Shown here one piece after another: positions 24,150 to 37,722 of a stretch of 64,000 bases of DNA; positions within the stretch are counted from its first letter, which is position 1, and every line of letters starts with the position of its first letter. The stretch lies in NCBI GenBank assembly GCA_973895155.1, contig OZ316898.1:8481079-8545078 (forward strand), given 5' to 3'. A program made the translations under genes and the position numbers. Source of the stretch: Marsupella aquatica. Taxonomy: Eukaryota > Plantae > Marchantiophyta. The notes beneath the pieces are model-generated. The model did not search any database, was not told where the DNA came from, and saw nothing but the letters and a program-made list of their open reading frames with translations.

Positions 24150-24436
24150 TGGGGAGAAAATACAATTAGACTCCCCACCCCAATGTGGCACTTTTTCTGT
24201 AGGGAACCCAGACCAGGGTGAGCTCCAATGGATCTCACAGGGACCTGCACCAAAAAGGAGAGGGAATTAAATTAGGGCCACAAAGTGGACAACCAGGGGC
24301 CAAGCAGATAATCAGATTCCATCCCACCCACCCACATATAGTCTCCACACCATTGGGGTGTGGAAGGGGGATTGAACTTGGGACCTCTCAGTTCCAGGCA
24401 AATCCCCTAACCAATTGACCTAAGCCAATTGGTTTC
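24150..24436 (-). mobile_element. Possible tRNA-derived SINE (duplicated at ~37495-37943)
   Basis: Minus strand begins TGGCTTAGGTCAATTGGTTAGG..GGTCCCAAGTTCAATCCCCC, with A-box-like and B-box-like motifs at tRNA spacing; no TSD established. Confidence 0.4.
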
Positions 24437-25139
24437 TTTATTGTTTTCTATCACATTGCACTCTTCTTTGATATGTTTATCTTGTTAGCTCAACAAGAAA
24501 ATATACATACCCGTATACATATCATCTACATACCATCCCCAGACAGGTTAAAATACCTTTTTTTGGTTTCAAAATGTTTAGAGAAATAAATATTTTAAAA
24601 ACATTCAAGTTTTTCAATATTTAAAGCTACTATCCAATTCTTTACATTTAAATAATTTTCCATTTTGGTTAGGTTTGGGCAGGCTACTGGCAACTCAAGC
24701 AGAGGCTATTGAGATTAGAAGGGACAGGTTTGGGTAAGATATGGTCAACTCAAGCAAGACAATTGAGATTAAAAGCAGTACGGATGAATATGAAAGTGCC
24801 AGAAAATTAAATTTTTAAAGAAGGGTTACACTGGTTCATGCCTTTGTTGAGTTTGTAAACCCGTTTATAAACTGAAGAAGTGATTTTTGGCCAGATAGGG
24901 TATTAAAGTGGTAGATGATTATGGTGCACATGCACAAGTTGCTATTTGCAAAAGTAGATTCTATTCCACCTGGGGTTAGCTTACTAAGTATCTACTTAGC
25001 TCTAAAATAGTCCTTTACCACTAGTACTAAGTAACTTTATTGTTGCGAAATGAACACTACGTGCTTAGGAGTTCACTTTTCGGGGATATATTGCCCTATA
25101 TCTTGACTAGAGAACCTGGAGCTGCGGGGCTGTCCTCCA

Positions 25140-28100
25140 TTTGTTCATATTTTGATGAACACCATGTTCTCGTTGTCCAGCGAGAGGTCCGTTTAAGTAG
25201 AGAAGTCCGAGTTTACCAAGTTTTGAGGCAAATATCTGAGTTTTTGTTCATATTTTGATGAACAGCATGTTCTCTTTGTCCTGCGAGAGGTCCGCCGTGT
25301 AAGTATAGAAGTCCGAGTTTACCAGGTTTTGAGGCAAATATCTGAGTTAGGACCTGGCACTTTGATGCAAAAGGAAGTATAGTGTCCGTGACAGCATTTC
25401 CATGCTACGAACAATCTAGAGCCAGTATTAGCAACGTTCTGGGTCGTTCGTGGCTTGGGAGATTGCTGTCACCAGTACCATTTTCCTTTTGCCTCAGGTG
25501 CCAAGATTTCCCTCGATCCGTGGAGTTTACTGGCAGCAAAGTGGAGGAGCGTCAGTGCATGAGAGTTCCACAAGCAGCAAGCTCGACGCTCATCGATGCC
25601 CGCATGGCCACTCAAATATGTCGTGCTTCGTCATTGAAAAGGTAACGCAGCTTCCAGATTGCGTGACTTTCGGTAAATGATTGACACACTTAAGAAGCGA
25701 TCTTAGATCGAGCATCGATGCTAGTTTCACCGTTATAACTCCGCACCTGACGCAGGGTCGAATGGAAGAAGTCCTGGTGCAGCTGGCTAAGGGGCTCGAT
25801 CGTGTAGAACAATTATACGTGCTGCCGTTCTAGCTGCAGCCCACCGAAGTCGTCAATGCATGCAATCTATCCTTTCAGCGTGACCGAGAAGGATCACATC
25901 GAGATAAATTGACTAAAGCGGCGAGATGTCATCCATCTGTTCCAATCAATTTAATATATATTGAACGGCATGTTCTCTTTGTCCAGCGAGAGGTCCGTGG
26001 AAGTAGAGAAGTCCGAGTTTACCAGGCTTTGAGGCAAACATCGGAGTTAGGACCTGGCACTTTGATGCAAAAGGAAGTATAGTGTCGGTGACAGCATTTC
26101 CATGCTACGAACAATCTAGAGCCAGTACTAGCAACGTTCTGGGTCGTTCGTGGCTTGGGAGATTGCTGTCACCAGCTCCATTTTCCTTTTGCCTCAGGTG
26201 CCAAGATTTCCCTCGATCCGTGGAATTTACTGCCAGCAAAGTGGAGGAGCGTCAGTGCGAGTCCCACAAGCAGCAAGCTCGACGCTCATCGATGCCCGCA
26301 AGGCAACTCAAATATGTCGTGCTCGGGTCGTGCTTCGTCATTGGAAAGGTATCGCAGCTTCCAGATTGCGGGACTTTCTGTAAACGATTGACAGACTTAA
26401 CTAGCGGTCTTGGATGGAGCACCGATGCTAGTTTCACCGTTATATCTCCGCGCCTGACGCATGCAGGGTGAAATGGAAGAAGTCCTGGTGCACCTGCGTC
26501 CTACAAGCAGCAAGCTCGACGCCTCCCGCAACCCAAAACTTGTTGCTCTTGGTCATTAATGAGAGGTAAATTGCAGCTTCCAGATTGGGGGGCTTTCTGT
26601 AAATGATCGATTGACAGACTTAACAAGTGATCTATAATTTGTGGTATTAATTGATCATATATATAGTGAGCATTATTAGAGGGGCGGGCTATCTGATATC
26701 TTATTCGATTAACCGGATCTAGTTTAAAACTTATGAAATGCCCAGATCGCGCGATCAGTTACCTTCCCGCAAAATATATTATGTACGCATGTAATGGGTG
26801 ACTGCGTTAAACCAGAGCATCGATCCTAGGTCACAGTTCTAACACCGCAACTGACGCAGGCTCGAATGGAAGATCGAAGTGCTGGACCACCTGGTATGGC
26901 TAAGGGGCTCGTGTAGAGTTCTTCGGAATGATTCTCGCGCAGTTCTCCAGCCCTCCGAAGTCCACAATACATACAATCTACCGTTTCAGCAGGAGCCAGA
27001 AGGATCACAGTCATCGAGAATCACTGGAGCGGCGAGATGTCCTCTCAATTCCGTCCACATACCTCTCGCTGGACAAAGAGAGCATGCCGGTTATCATATA
27101 TATGTTGGAACGGATGGATGACATCTCGCCGCTCCAGTCAATCTATCTCGACGTGATGCTTCTGGCTCCCGCTCAAAGTGTATATAGATTGCAATCATTG
27201 AATTGTGGACTTCGGAGGGCTGCAGAACGGCAGGAGAATTGTTTCGAAGATCTCTGCACGAGCCTAGATAGAGCCTTAGTTACTCGGCCGGCCAAGTGGG
27301 CCATGCAGGACTTCTTCCATATATTCGACCCTGCGGTGTTAAAAATTGTGAAACTAGCATCGCTTCTCTAAGATCGCTTGTTAATGAAGCCTGTCAATCA
27401 TTTACAAAAGGCCCCGCAATTGGGAAACTTCGATACCTTTTCCATGACGAAGCACGAAATATTTGGGTTGCATTGCGGGGATGAGCGCCGAGCTTGCTAG
27501 CTGCTTGTGGGACTCTTAGTGACGCTCTTCCACTTTGCTAGCAGTAAGCTCCACGGATCGAGGGAAACCTTTGGCACTTGAGGCAAAAAGAAGATCAGTG
27601 TCGGCGACCAGTCTCTCAAGCGACGAACAAATCCTAACGCTGTAATATATCATAGCGGCTCGGAGTTGTTCGTGGCTTAGAAACTGTTGTTGATCGCTGA
27701 CACTTAACTTCGTTTTGCCTGTGCCAGGTTGAAAATCAGATGTTTGCTTGATCAGACCTCTCTACTTTAACCTCTCGCTCCCGCTCTCGCTGGACAAATA
27801 GATCGAACGTACATGCCGTTCATGAAAATCGGAACGAATGGACGACATCCTGATCTAGTAGAGAGGTCCGAGTCTAGCTACTAGGTTCTGATCGAGGCAA
27901 ACATCGGTTTTATGATCGACCTGGCACTTGAGGCAAAACGGAGTTAAAGTGTCGATCAGTGACAGGAGTTTCCATGCTACAAACAAATCAGAGCCAGAAT
28001 ATAATAGCAACGTTGTGATTTGTCTGTTGCCTGGAACATTTCTGCTGCCGGCACTGATCATCTTATTGCCTCAAGTGCCAAAGCATTTACTTGATCCGTG

Positions 28101-29476
28101 GAGTTTACTGCCAGCAAAGCGGAGTCCGAGCGTCGATCAGTAAGAGTCCTACAAGCAGCAAGCTCGACGCTCCCCGCAGCCCAAACATGTCGTGCTTAAT
28201 TCGTAATTGAAAAGGTATTGCAGCTTCCAGATTGCGGGGCTTTCTGGAAATGATTGACAGACTTAACAAGCGATCTTAGAGCAGCGATGGCCGGTGCCGG
28301 TGCGTAGTTTTACAGTTCTAAGAGTTCCATTGCCATTTACAATAGAAAAGTAGTACCAATCTGAACCTGAGCAAAAGGAGTTGCTGAACGTTATGTCACC
28401 ACCATGCCGTGACCATAATATATTAAACCATCAACGCCAGACTGAGATCGAACTAGTCAAGTTAATCTTGCTGCAACTGATTGTGTGCGAGGTGTGGGAG
28501 CATTCGGTTCCCTCGACATTAACCTGCAGGTATGGAATTAATCCTCTAGACAGTTTGTTCAATGGCGCGCTGCTATACTCCTCTCGAAAGAAGGGGCCGA
28601 TATTTGATTGCCAATCGAATGGAAGATCGAAGTGCTGGACCACCTGGGATGGCTAAGGGGCTCGTGTAGAGTTCTTCGGAATGATTCTCGCGCAGTTCTC
28701 CAGCCCTCCGAAGTCCACAATACATACAATCTACCGTTTCAGCAGGAGCCAGAAGGATCACAGTCATCGAGAATCACTGGAGCGGCGAGATGGCCTCTCA
28801 ATTCCGTCCACATACCTCTCGCTAGACAAAGAGAGCATGCCGGTTATCATATATATGTTGGAACGGATGGATGACATCTCGCCGCTAGGAGTCAATCTAT
28901 CTCGACGTGATGCTTCTGGCTCCCGCTCAAAGTGTATAATTATAGATTGCAATCATTGAATTGTGGACTTCGGAGGGCTGCAGAACGGCAGGAGAATTGT
29001 TTCGACGATCTCTGCACGGGCCTAGATAGAGCCTTAGTTATTCGGCCGGCCAAGTGGGCCAGGACTTCTTCCATATATTCGACCTGCGGTGTTCAAAATT
29101 GGAAACTAGCATCGCTTCTGTAAGATCGCTTGTTAATTAAGCCTGTCAATCATTTACAAAAGGCCCCGCAATTAGGAAACTTCGACACCTTTTCAATGAC
29201 GAAGCACGAAATATTTGGGTTGCATTGCGGGATGAGCGTCGAGCTTGCTAGCTGCTTGTGGGACTCTTAGTGACGCTCTTCCACTTTGCTAGCAGTAAGC
29301 TCCACGGATCGAGGAAAACCTTTGGCACTTGAGGCAAAACGAAGATCAGTGCCGGCGACCAGTCTCTCAAGCGACGAACAAATCAGAACGCTGTAATATA
29401 TTAAAGCGGCTCGGAGTTGTTCGTGGCTTGGAAACTGTTGTCAATCGCTGACACTTAACTTCGTTTTGCCTGTGCC
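25140..29476. repeat. Array of ~700 bp diverged monomers in direct and inverted orientation (A> B> <C D> <E)
   Basis: A ~25255-25965, B ~25965-27045, inverted C ~27062-27850, D ~27855-28797, inverted E ~28815-29476. 26860-27726 is directly duplicated at 28616-29476. Confidence 0.85.
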
Positions 29477-29978
29477 CTAAACTACTCTCGAAAGAACGGG
29501 CCGATATTTGGTCGCCAATCCGCGCTTCAAGTTCAACATGTCACTGGCGAGCAATGCTTGAAACGGTTAATATTTAAATCGCTTAATTAACATGCGATAC
29601 GATTAACCCTTTCAAAACATTTCTCACCAGTGACACGCTGAACAGTTAAATCAATCGCACGTTAATTAATCAATGGTTTAAAAGTCCTGGCCGTTGCAGC
29701 AGGTTTGTTCGCGCCGTTTAGCTTCTTTCTTTTGAATTTCATTTGTCGCGCGTAGGCAGGCCTAGATAGACATCAGAGCGATATTGGCAATTTATTTTTG
29801 ACCAAGAGAGCTAAATTATGTGAGCTGATTGCAGAAGAACTTGGAATAGTCGATATATATGAATAGCCAACTTATTCAAAACACAGTTGTTTGCATGTAC
29901 GTAGATGCCATCCGCCAGTCAAAGATAATCCATTGCGACAAAGCTTTATGGAATGCAAGACATATCCCTTTGCAAGAC

Positions 29979-30079
29979 ACATCCCTGTACGTACTTTCGT
30001 AGATGGCAAACGAGATGGCAAAGGCAAACCAGTTCTAACCTCCTTTGCCATCGATCTACGAAACTACATACAGGGATGT
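29979..30079. repeat. ~100 nt imperfect hairpin
   Basis: ACATCCCTGTACGTACTTTCGTAGAT pairs with ATCTACGAAACTACATACAGGGATGT (2 mismatches); inner GATGGCAAAGG pairs with CCTTTGCCATC. Confidence 0.8.
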
Positions 30080-32135
30080 AATTAAGTGTTCCGGCCATTT
30101 CAAGACAACCTTCTTCTTATCATTGTCCCTCCTCTTAGTTCTTCTCATTGTCATTGTGTTCTCGATCACGTTCACCAGGATCCCTTAATTTCTGACGGGT
30201 GACGTACAACGAGACCGATGTTGTCTAAGTTAATCACAATTATCTACTCTGCTCGTGGTTTGCGGATTGTTGGTACATTTTCGTGAATAGATGAGACTGT
30301 AGTTAGCTTCTGAGAACATTCTTGCATTGAAAAACTTTTTACTCTGGTGTCAATTTTGATGACGTGAAGTATGTTCAAAACTTCTGATGACTCTAGCTTT
30401 CGAGCTCAAGTACGTGTGAATAGAACTTCTTTCCCTAGTCCAACTTGAGCTATGGAGATCGACCACCTAGGCATTTGAACGTATATCCTGTACGTACGTG
30501 ACAAACGCCCTCTCCCAGGTTGTATGGAACGCTGTCACTGGCGCATAATTTCGGAAATGGCTACATCCAAGAACGTACATTCGAAAGAAACAATGTAGTT
30601 CTCTTCAGACTGGTGATGACCATGCACTCAATAAGCATTTAAGCACATCGATCTCCCCAGGTGGAGTGTAGGGATTCCTTTGAATTTCTACCATCGCAAT
30701 GGAAGAATGAAATTGCCGAGGTCGAAGAAGAGAAAGTACAACCTTAATGTCAGCAGGAGCACTAGTAACATGCAATATGCCACGGGGTCTCATTTTTTTG
30801 GAGTTTTTCAAATATTTTATTGATACAGTGCTCCATCACGCAAATACATATTTCAGAAACGGACCAGCATCCGTTCGACTACAATTAGGGGTTGATCAAA
30901 ATACCAGCACACAAAAGCTTATATCTTCATACAAAATACATATGATCTTCAAACTAGCTAGCCAGCTAGCCCGCTGCAGGAGGCTCGGTAGGAAGGCCAG
31001 GTTGTATCTCAATATATGAGTGGATCTGGCTTTGGTGCATGATTATACTACTAAGAGGACGGCAGAGAAGTCTGCTTGTTAATCGCTCGTAGTCCATGGA
31101 AATCCGTGGCAACCCAACTCTACTACAATGAAAATAGCTAGCTTCACAGAGAGCAGCTTGGGGCGAACAGTTCTAATTCTCCTCATAATTATGTTGCCTC
31201 ATGTTGCACCAACTGCCCACAATTGCGCCAGGCTGCAGCGCGCTAGTTGCATCAATATCTGACAAGAAACTGATGGATACCGATATGGTCCCAACTAAGC
31301 TCAGTCAGCCTGTAGGCACAATCATGAAGAGATTCGAGCAAGGAGGTAGCATGATCCTCACCAACCAGTGTCGAGTTGCAAGGTCTCGCCCTTTCACTGT
31401 TACCAGAAATCGGATGGTATAACACACATTCGGCGAAGCTCATTATCCGAACGTTCGAGCTCATTATAGGTACACCAATGAAAGTAAATTACAGGTATCA
31501 AAGCTAATCAATCGCCCATTTGCCAGAACCTGAAACTGGCACTATATATATATATATATAGCTTCTTGATCGATCTTGCCCTTCTCAAAGTCTCCCTGTT
31601 ACAATCATGCATCTTATTGTTGAGACGGCTCCCTCACCCACTTTCTTTCCCGCTCAGTTGCCACGATGGATGGGCAGATTCTCAGCTGTAAACCAAAACA
31701 TAGATTAGAAGAAATTCGAACTCTAATTGTAAGGATATTCTTTCATTTGCTTCAACTCCGGCTTCAACCCCTTTAATGTATAAAACACTGTACTTTATAA
31801 TAGGGCACAATGTGTGAGACAATACACTCACTGTAATGTGCATTCAGAAACAATTCAACATGATCGAAGCTAGCTTGCTGACTTCGCATTGTCTCTCCCT
31901 ACAATTTCAGTGCTCTACTCAAAGCTAAAGTGAAACACTGTTCATGCAATCATAATTTTTTATGAGATCGAGGCCAGTCTAATCTGGAGCCCTGATCTAC
32001 AACTGTGAATTGTTTGATTCGAAACCTGCGTATAGTTTGACAAGCCACACTAACTATCACTGACCCGAGTTTAATTTAAATAACTCCTGCAGATTGAAGC
32101 ACGGTTCATGAGCACTGATCCTTAAAGAGTGAACG

Positions 32136-34606
32136 TCAGACCAAAGGCTTCCGGAAAGCAAAAGTACCTGCTTCTCCGTTCGAATTGTGCATATTCATTT
32201 CCGCTGCAGCGGTCATCTGGTCAGATTCCTGGTGCATCATCTCTGTATTGTCTACCATCTCTTGGTCCATCGGCAGGTCTCCATTCTTCGGACTCCAGTT
32301 CGATCCAGTGTGGGTCATTTCTGAATCGTCCCTACGTCCCATCATTTCCGAATCCCTTCGGCTCATGTGCATAGTTCCGGAGGTACTGCGGCTGTCCGCT
32401 CCATTCATGCATGAACTTTGGCCATCAATGATCTTCTCATCACTATGTCCCATGAATTCTGAATCCCTTGGGCTCAAGTGCATGATCTCGGAGGTACTCC
32501 TGCAGTCTGCCCCATTAGTGCATGAACTTCGGCCAGTGATTTCCTGAGCATGCCTACGTTCCATTATTTCTGACTCGTCCCTACGTCCGATCATTTCTGA
32601 ATCCCTCCCGCTCATATGCACGGCCCCGGAGGTCCTCCGGCAGTCAACTCCATTGGTACATGAACTTGCGCCAGTGATCTCCGCGGTGGACCTGGTCAAG
32701 CGGTTCGAGGTCGAGCCCCGCATGTTTGAACTCCTCCTTTCCGCATCAATAGGGCCAAAATGCCCATCTCGACTGGCCTCCATAGCCCCGGCAGCTGTAG
32801 ATTTGGTCATTCCTTAACTTGGTTGGCCATCGGCGAGGTCTCCTGTGTGTTAGCCATCTTCTTTGCAGCTTCATTTATTGCGGAGGTCGTTCTCTCCATC
32901 TTCACCCACTTTGGAGATGACATTATCTCTCGATCATTTCGCGTCCGATGCTGTCTCGCCGCCATGGGTTCCTCATTCTGGGCGATATTTGTGTGACAGT
33001 CACCGTTGCTGCAGGAGCTCATTCTCCCTCGTGTTGTTGATTGCATCGTTTCCATCGATCGGGGGTTGTTGTCGGCCTCGGCCATGCGACAGTCAGCTCC
33101 TCCAAGTCTGCAAGAACTGAGCGATAAGTCATGATTTCTCTGGGAGATGTGCATTTTCTGAGAGCCTTGAAGTTCTCCATCAATAGCAGCGTCGCAGTCA
33201 GCTCCATTCATTCCGGAGCATCTTTCTGCTGCTGTAGAGGAGTCAATTGAATCAGCTTCGAAGTTCCCCGATTGTGAGCCCATATTCATCTCGGCATCTG
33301 GACGCCTAGAGCTAAGGGGCATGGTTTCGTGCTCCATGGCTCTTGAATCCGTCCTATGGCCGGCCCCAAGGCGATCGCTGCTGCTGCCACAGTCTTTTCC
33401 TTGGCAGAAACTTGTAGATGATTGCTGCCGTTCCATCATGTTTCCCATCATTGACCGAGCTGCGTTCGAGTTTCGCATTTTGTGCGAATTAGCACTCGTC
33501 TGCTCCCAGCCTTGCATGTTGGCAGAGTTTCTCACGGTCCTCTCCAAGTCTCCTCGATCTCCTGGGGAGATTGTTCATTTGTTCTGCATCTCCCATCGTC
33601 TCTGATCCAAGTCCCTTCTCGCCGTCAAGATTATTGTGCATCTGACCTGAGTCCATCATACTGTTAGCGTCTCTTGTGCTTTCTAGGTCTCTCCTCCCCT
33701 CTGAGGGCCTAGCGCTGTACGAGTCTTGCATCATTTCTGATTGCTCGTGCTGAGCATTTCCAAGGGCGGCACTACTCCATGATTCGGAATTTCTCAAATT
33801 CGCCGCAGATTCTCCGACTCTGTTTTAGTCCATCATCTGGTTCGTGTCCCTCCTACTCTCAGAGTTCAGCATTTCCTCCAAGTGTCGACTTGACCTCTCA
33901 TGGACCTCCATTGTATCCATTTGTTGCGAGGTCCTCATGTTGTGAGAGTCTTTCAACCCATCTGAGTCCATCATCCTGTCCGAGTTTAGTATCATCTGCG
34001 AGTCTCTCATGCTTTGGGTGTAGCTCATTCCTTCCGAGTCTATCATCTTCTGCGCATCTCTCATTCCGTCCGAGGCTATCATATATTCTGTGCGAGTCTC
34101 TCATCGACATATCAGTCTTTCATTCCCGGCCTGTGAGTCTCTCATCTTCTGTGAGCCTGAGCTCAATCTCTCCGAGGCTCTGGATCTATCCGAATCAATG
34201 TCTCTCATCTTTTCTGCGCTCCACTCTGCTCTAGACTGTGACTCCTGTCTGGTCCGTTGTGACTCCCTCAATCTCTGTGGGTTTCTGATTCTCTTATCAA
34301 TATCACTCATTGTATCTGCTGAGTCTGTGATCCTCTCCGAGTCACTCATCCTGTCCATTCTAGGGTCGTTCATTTTCTCCAACTCACTCAGATGTCTATG
34401 TGCCGCGTCTCTCATCCATTCGGACTTCTCCCTCATCCTGTCGGAGTCTCTCAGGGACGTCTGATCCTCTCTGTCTGTTGGAGTGTAGACTTCAATGCTC
34501 CATATTCATATTTTTGAGCTCAGAGTCCCTCACCGACTCGGAGTTGTCGTCATGATTAGCCATCTTCTGGTCAGAACTCCTCGCCAATGCAGCGGCTGAG
34601 TCCATG
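32136..34606 (-). pseudogene. Second copy of the Met/Ser-rich low-complexity ORF, frameshifted
   Basis: ORFs 34101-34436, 33825-34082, 33489-33797, 32807-33547 and 32136-32810 are homologous to 2545-4829. Confidence 0.6.
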
Positions 34607-34844
34607 AAGCTTAGGCTGTTCGTCGACTTAGCTGACTCGTGCATCGTGTCAAGATCTTGCTCCATTGTACTCCTCGTTTGGCAGCTCTCTCTTCCGGCGC
34701 ATGCATTGGTCGACGCAGCAGTACTGGATGGTAGAGCTGCGCCGTCCAGCAGGTCCGCCCCATATTGCGACTAGGATGGGAAGGACAGGCCCAGCAAATA
34801 TCTGAGTTAGGACCTGGCACTTTGATGCAAAAAGAAGAAACAGG

Positions 34845-35244
34845 GGATGCATATTTCCCGGCAACCTGCCTTCGGGAAGTGACAGAACGAGGTTTTGTGG
34901 GTACGTCTTTGAGTGTACTCTTAGATCCCAGGCTTAATAGTACCTAGCTTTGATGAAGAGCAGGCGAAGAGGACGCTGAATGTGGCATTTTGGTGTATTC
35001 AAGAAGCACCTGAGGACAGACCCAACATGCGGGAAGTTGTCCTAATGCTGGACGGAAAGTTGCAGATTTTGAACCCGCCTTTCTGTAAGATTTGCGGGTT
35101 TGAACAAAAGAATCCAAAGCATGGAAAGAGAAAAGTTGCGATGGCTGGCTTTTGGTGAGACTTTGGTGAGACTACCATCACAGGAGAACAATGCTCTCCA
35201 TCTTTTATCGCCACTCATCTGACTGTGGTAGTAAATCCGAGATA
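34845..35244 (+). pseudogene. Second copy of the RLK C-terminal fragment, with stop and indels
   Basis: Homologous to 10789-11172; stop after LLDPRLNST. Confidence 0.8.
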
Positions 35245-37517
35245 ATACACGATATAGAGCTGCTGAGCAAACGCTGGTCCGACAATGAAGTAGAGTTCGT
35301 GGTTTCGCATGACATTTAGCAGACATACGGCAATCCACGAAAGATACTGGCTTTCTTCTTTATCCGAATCAAAAGCAGGACTAGCAAAGAGAGTCGAGTG
35401 GGTTCTAAACCCTCTAAGCAAATTGCTCTGGTCAGATTGAAAGGCTTGGGTGTACCAGTGCCACATTGTTTGGATGATACTGACTTTGGAGGAAGAAGAG
35501 AGGAATGACAGGGTCAGTATTGTGATGTGCATTCGTACGTGGTTTCTCAGAAGTACAACCTGGCGTCCCATGACTACAAAAATGGTTCCAAGAGCCAGAG
35601 AAACCCAGGATTCAGACCGTCATGTACATAGTTCAACTTCAACTAAGAAATGGGGTATGTAATATAATTGATGTGAGAGGAATTTGGTAGTGGTGCAGAA
35701 GGAGATGCAATGCTGAAGTTTCTACAGGTAAGATTTCTGTTGACCCAAAGGATGCAGAAGGCAATTGTATTTCATTGGAGACCTGTGAAGCGGCGTCTCT
35801 TTGCTGAATTGTAAGGCAGATTACGATCTCCACTAGGCGATTCGTTAGTTTTGAATACTGAGAAATTCAAAATGTTTTGTGGCATGTGGACTTCCAATTA
35901 ACGGGTCTTCTTGATTTGTGCCTTCTTTGCGCTGAATGAAAAGCGACGGAATCGGAAAATTACTACTAGCATAGGGAGGGACTTATGTGCTAATTTCTTC
36001 GCCTAGATTGTGGTGTATTGTTACTGTAGAAGTACGAGTTTAAGAGGGCGGCTGCTTTCTGTCTCATTCCTGAAGTAATCCTTCTAAAGTAATTGTTACA
36101 CTATCTCACTTATGTAAGCCAATGCAGGAGTCAAATGTTACGAGATTATGACAAAATTTACTCTCCAATCTTGAGCGTCCTATTTTTTATTTTAAATGAG
36201 AAGCTTTTACGGCGTTTTCCAAAACAGGGAAAACTCCGAGCCTATCTAGGAGCCAATTATATGAAGGTGTTTTCACTCAACTTTATTCAGGATTGTATAG
36301 CCGTTGTAAGCAGATGTGCGAATGTGTAATGTTTCTCCTGACATGATCTGAATTTTCTTTTCTGTTTCACGTCTCTAACTAGCTACTGGTCTCCTGAACA
36401 ATATAGGCCACTACGGCATTCTCGCTCCTATAGGCAAGATTCTTTGCAAATAGACAGTTCTCAGATTGGCTCCTCCTCTGCCGAAACTCTTTCCATGGAG
36501 CCTAGGCTTTACATTAATGGTGACTGTCTTTCCAGGTGCTCTTTGGCACCATTCTCAAAATGACATCGTGAACTCTTTATTCTAAGAAAGGAACTGTATG
36601 AAGCATTATTTTCCCTGCACAAGCATTCTGTTCTTTTGAATTTATGAAAGAGGGGGATTTCCCCTGGAGTCTCACGAAGAAGATTTATTATATCCCACCT
36701 TACCGCTGTCGACATTTATGGATGTGATGACGACAGACGGAGTCGATGCTGTGTGGATTCCAGCAGCTTTAAGTGTTGGTCATCCTCATCCATACTTTGT
36801 GCCTTGCTCAGCTGTTTAATGTAGATTGATATGCCGAATTTGATCCAGCTATAGATTGATTAATGATATGCGAAGCAGAACGATGCTTGGATGTAATGGC
36901 AATTTACATCGTAATGGCAATTTACATCTGGAATGCCTGCAGAGTTGATGTTGATCTAGCATGTCACACTGACGATCATTACTTGTTGTATCATTATTTG
37001 GACCAAATTTGGTGCATGAGATTCAAGAATTTGTCTGGCTGGTAAAGGGACTTAGTATGAAATTCAAGAACTTGCCTGGCTGGTAAAGGGAATTAGTATG
37101 CACAGGTGGGGAACAAAGAGTAGGTTAATCCAGCAGGGCCCACTGCCCATAGACCTGGCTCTTTAATTAACAAGACGAGTGGAAATGCTCTAATGAGTTA
37201 TATATGACAGTGTAAAGTGCAAATCTGTACCGGGGATAGATACAATCCCCATGGGCAGTGACACCCTTTACACTGTCACTTTTGCATACCTTTCCTCCCG
37301 AGCTTTGTATTTCTTAATTTTTTTAGACCCTAAATTCCTCCCTTGATCAATGTTGAGCGTTAGCATAGGTAATTTGCTGTTAGAAGGGCTTGGTAGAACT
37401 AGCCTCATTTGGCTCACTTTTATTAAAGTTTGAGAATTCAAAGTCACTAATTTTCAAAGATGTCTTTATTGTTTTCTTTTTGTGTTAAACCTAAATGGGG
37501 AGGAAATACATTTAGAC

Positions 37518-37722
37518 TGCCCCCACCCCAATGTGATACTTTTTTTGCAAGGAACCCAGACCAGGGTGAGTTCCAATGGATCCGACACTCCCACCCCAAT
37601 GTGACACTTTTTTTGTAGAGAACCCAGACCAGGGTGAGTTCCAATGGATCCGACACTCCCACCCCAATGTGACACTTTTTTTGTAGAGAACCCAGACCAG
37701 GGTGAGTTCCAATGGATCCGGC
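37518..37722 (+). repeat. Tandem triplication of a 68 bp unit
   Basis: CTCCCACCCCAATGTGACACTTTTTTTGTAGAGAACCCAGACCAGGGTGAGTTCCAATGGATCCGACA x3; single unit in copy 1 (~24172-24240). Confidence 0.9.

Larger units (their letters stand above)
1365..24518 (+). repeat. Segmental duplication copy 1 (~6.9 kb net; interrupted by copia 4921-10464 and CACTA 13010-23758)
   Basis: Colinear high identity with 30948-38025, from TTCAAACTAGCTAGCCAGCTAGCCCG to ATACCCGTATAC; copy 2 lacks both insertions. Confidence 0.95.

Noticed and set aside
24340-24436. Functional tRNA gene
   Set aside because: A- and B-box-like motifs are present but there is no convincing cloverleaf or acceptor stem; better treated as a possible SINE head.
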